Sequence record: MW812339.1
Direction: 5' to 3' (one strand)
DNA length: 64,000 nucleotides
Shown: piece after piece, positions 62,714 to 64,000 of the stretch
How positions within the stretch are numbered: the first letter of the stretch is position 1
How the letters are laid out: every line of letters begins with the position of its first letter
Translations under genes and position numbers: made by a program
Notes under the pieces: generated by a model
The model's input: the letters and a program-made list of their open reading frames with translations, nothing else
Database searches by the model: none
What the model was told of the DNA's origin: nothing

Positions 62714-63389
62714 ACATCGCAGTGTCTTTGACATCGGTAGTAACGTATTGCGCGAGATAACGAGTGGACTCCTTAAAGGGGTTCGCTCCATCTCTTTTTA
62801 TTAACGCAATTGTTTCCGCAGTCAATTCGCTGGTCAGCATACTCGGTCGTGTTATCGTGAACTCAGGGATTGGTTTCCCAAACCCGTTAGCGTGTTTCTT
62901 AATCCACGGATACCAGTCGTACATGACCCAGCCGTCCCATGCCGAAGCAAGGCGACCAGGGGTCAGTTCGTCGTGGGAGATACACACAACTTCGACGTTC
63001 ACCATGTGATAATACGCACGCAGGTTCTCCAGAAATGCCTGACGCTCTTCGTCATTCAAATCCATGTACGGCCACAGGTTAAAGGTCAGTTGCGGTCGTT
63101 CAATGGGGGAATGCATCTGAATGCTCAACAGCATCGCCTGCACTTCGTTCTTCAGCGTCAGTAAGAACTCGGTAGGCCCTGCGGTCTGCAACGCCCGCTT
63201 GTCCCGCTTCGCAAACACCTCATCCCAATTCTGAATCCCCACCACTTCTGCCCACGCATCAGTAAACCTTCTCCGATAAATCTCCAAATCCAGTTTATCC
63301 ATTACGTCAGGCTGTAACACCTGTGCTAACCCTAAACGGGTATCAAACAGTGTATCAATGTCAACTAAGAAGCGGCGACCCAATCTCAT
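62679..63389 (-). CDS. HAD-like conserved protein, 236 aa
   Basis: N-terminal FLVDIDTLFDTR (DxD); coupled to RNAP gene. Confidence 0.55.
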   Translation of the reverse strand: MRLGRRFLVDIDTLFDTRLGLAQVLQPDVMDKLDLEIYRRRFTDAWAEVVGIQNWDEVFAKRDKRALQTAGPTEFLLTLKNEVQAMLLSIQMHSPIERPQLTFNLWPYMDLNDEERQAFLENLRAYYHMVNVEVVCISHDELTPGRLASAWDGWVMYDWYPWIKKHANGFGKPIPEFTITRPSMLTSELTAETIALIKRDGANPFKESTRYLAQYVTTDVKDTAMFSLRRHPEGDS

Positions 63390-64000
63390 TCTGGACGTCC
63401 TATGTTGTTACCGATGTGCATCGCCTTGAAGTAAGACGACCAGGTACGAGTGGCTTTCGAACTGGTGCGCTCGGCACCCTCTAAACCAATACGACCTTTA
63501 CCGGTCTGACGCAGCGACTGATAGAACGCACGCTGCAAAGTGTCGTTGCCCCCACGCGCCCACAGGAACTCTTGCAATGTAGAGTCGTGACCATCGGAGA
63601 ACATGATGTACGCTTCGGGGAACGACACGCCCGATGCTTTAGAAGGACCCACAACCTGACCAGACAGTTTGTCGCGCACTTTGTCGTTCTTCGCTACAGC
63701 CATCTTCTTCTCTTGCATCTGCGTCTGACGACGTGCAGGCAGAGTCATAACCAGATGGGGGTAACGGGTACGCTGTAGGATACCGGTTTTCGGTTCCGTA
63801 AGCCACAGGCGCTGGCAAAGCTCCAGTCCCATGGCGCTACAAATCTTGATGTTGCGCATATGGTCAATCTTGACCTTACCGCCAGTCGGGTTGTAGATGG
63901 GAACCCCATCACGCAGACGCACAAACTCATCGTCTGACATGCGTGCAAAGGCACGCTTCGCTGCTTCAGCGTTAATCCCGGTCGGGTCTACCAACTTCAA
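63386..64000 (-). CDS. Virion RNA polymerase beta-like subunit, C-terminal part (phiKZ gp149-like), 3' portion only
   Basis: DKLSGQVVGPSKASGVSFPE....TLQEFL..RGG parallels RpoB C-terminus (TQQPLGGKA..GQRFGEME...TLQEML); start lies beyond the window. Confidence 0.8.
   Translation of the reverse strand: MKLVDPTGINAEAAKRAFARMSDDEFVRLRDGVPIYNPTGGKVKIDHMRNIKICSAMGLELCQRLWLTEPKTGILQRTRYPHLVMTLPARRQTQMQEKKMAVAKNDKVRDKLSGQVVGPSKASGVSFPEAYIMFSDGHDSTLQEFLWARGGNDTLQRAFYQSLRQTGKGRIGLEGAERTSSKATRTWSSYFKAMHIGNNIGRPE

Overview
This window is part of a nucleus-forming, phiKZ-like jumbo myovirus genome (Chimalliviridae). Gene order and content resemble enterobacterial SPN3US/Erwinia-type phages; that assignment is from recalled synteny, not a search. 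Most genes are on the minus strand. Left to right: (1) 1-6.6 kb, conserved hypothetical genes; (2) 6.6-9.7 kb, an RNA island with canonical tRNAs (Asn, Tyr, Trp), one irregular CAU tRNA, five aberrant tRNA-like genes, about ten tRNA-sized structured units and a free-standing HNH endonuclease; (3) an HslV/proteasome-beta-like gene, then about 1.7 kb without credible ORFs holding a large structured RNA candidate and an AT-rich palindrome cluster (origin/pac candidate); (4) the core morphogenesis block: terminase, phiKZ gp26-28-like proteins, sheath, tube, prohead protease, virion RNA polymerase subunits, and tape measure with a lytic transglycosylase domain; (5) 51-60 kb, a nucleotide-metabolism/counter-defence cluster (MazG-like, ThyA, degenerate MazG paralog, CYTH, NADAR-like, and a peptide resembling the ribonucleotide reductase redox tail); (6) the 3' part of the virion RNAP beta-C subunit gene. 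The most interesting candidates are the non-canonical tRNA/ncRNA array, the large ncRNA, the stand-alone RNR-tail peptide and a DUF6527 gene inside the head module. All family calls come from motif recognition by eye; no searches or folding programs were run.
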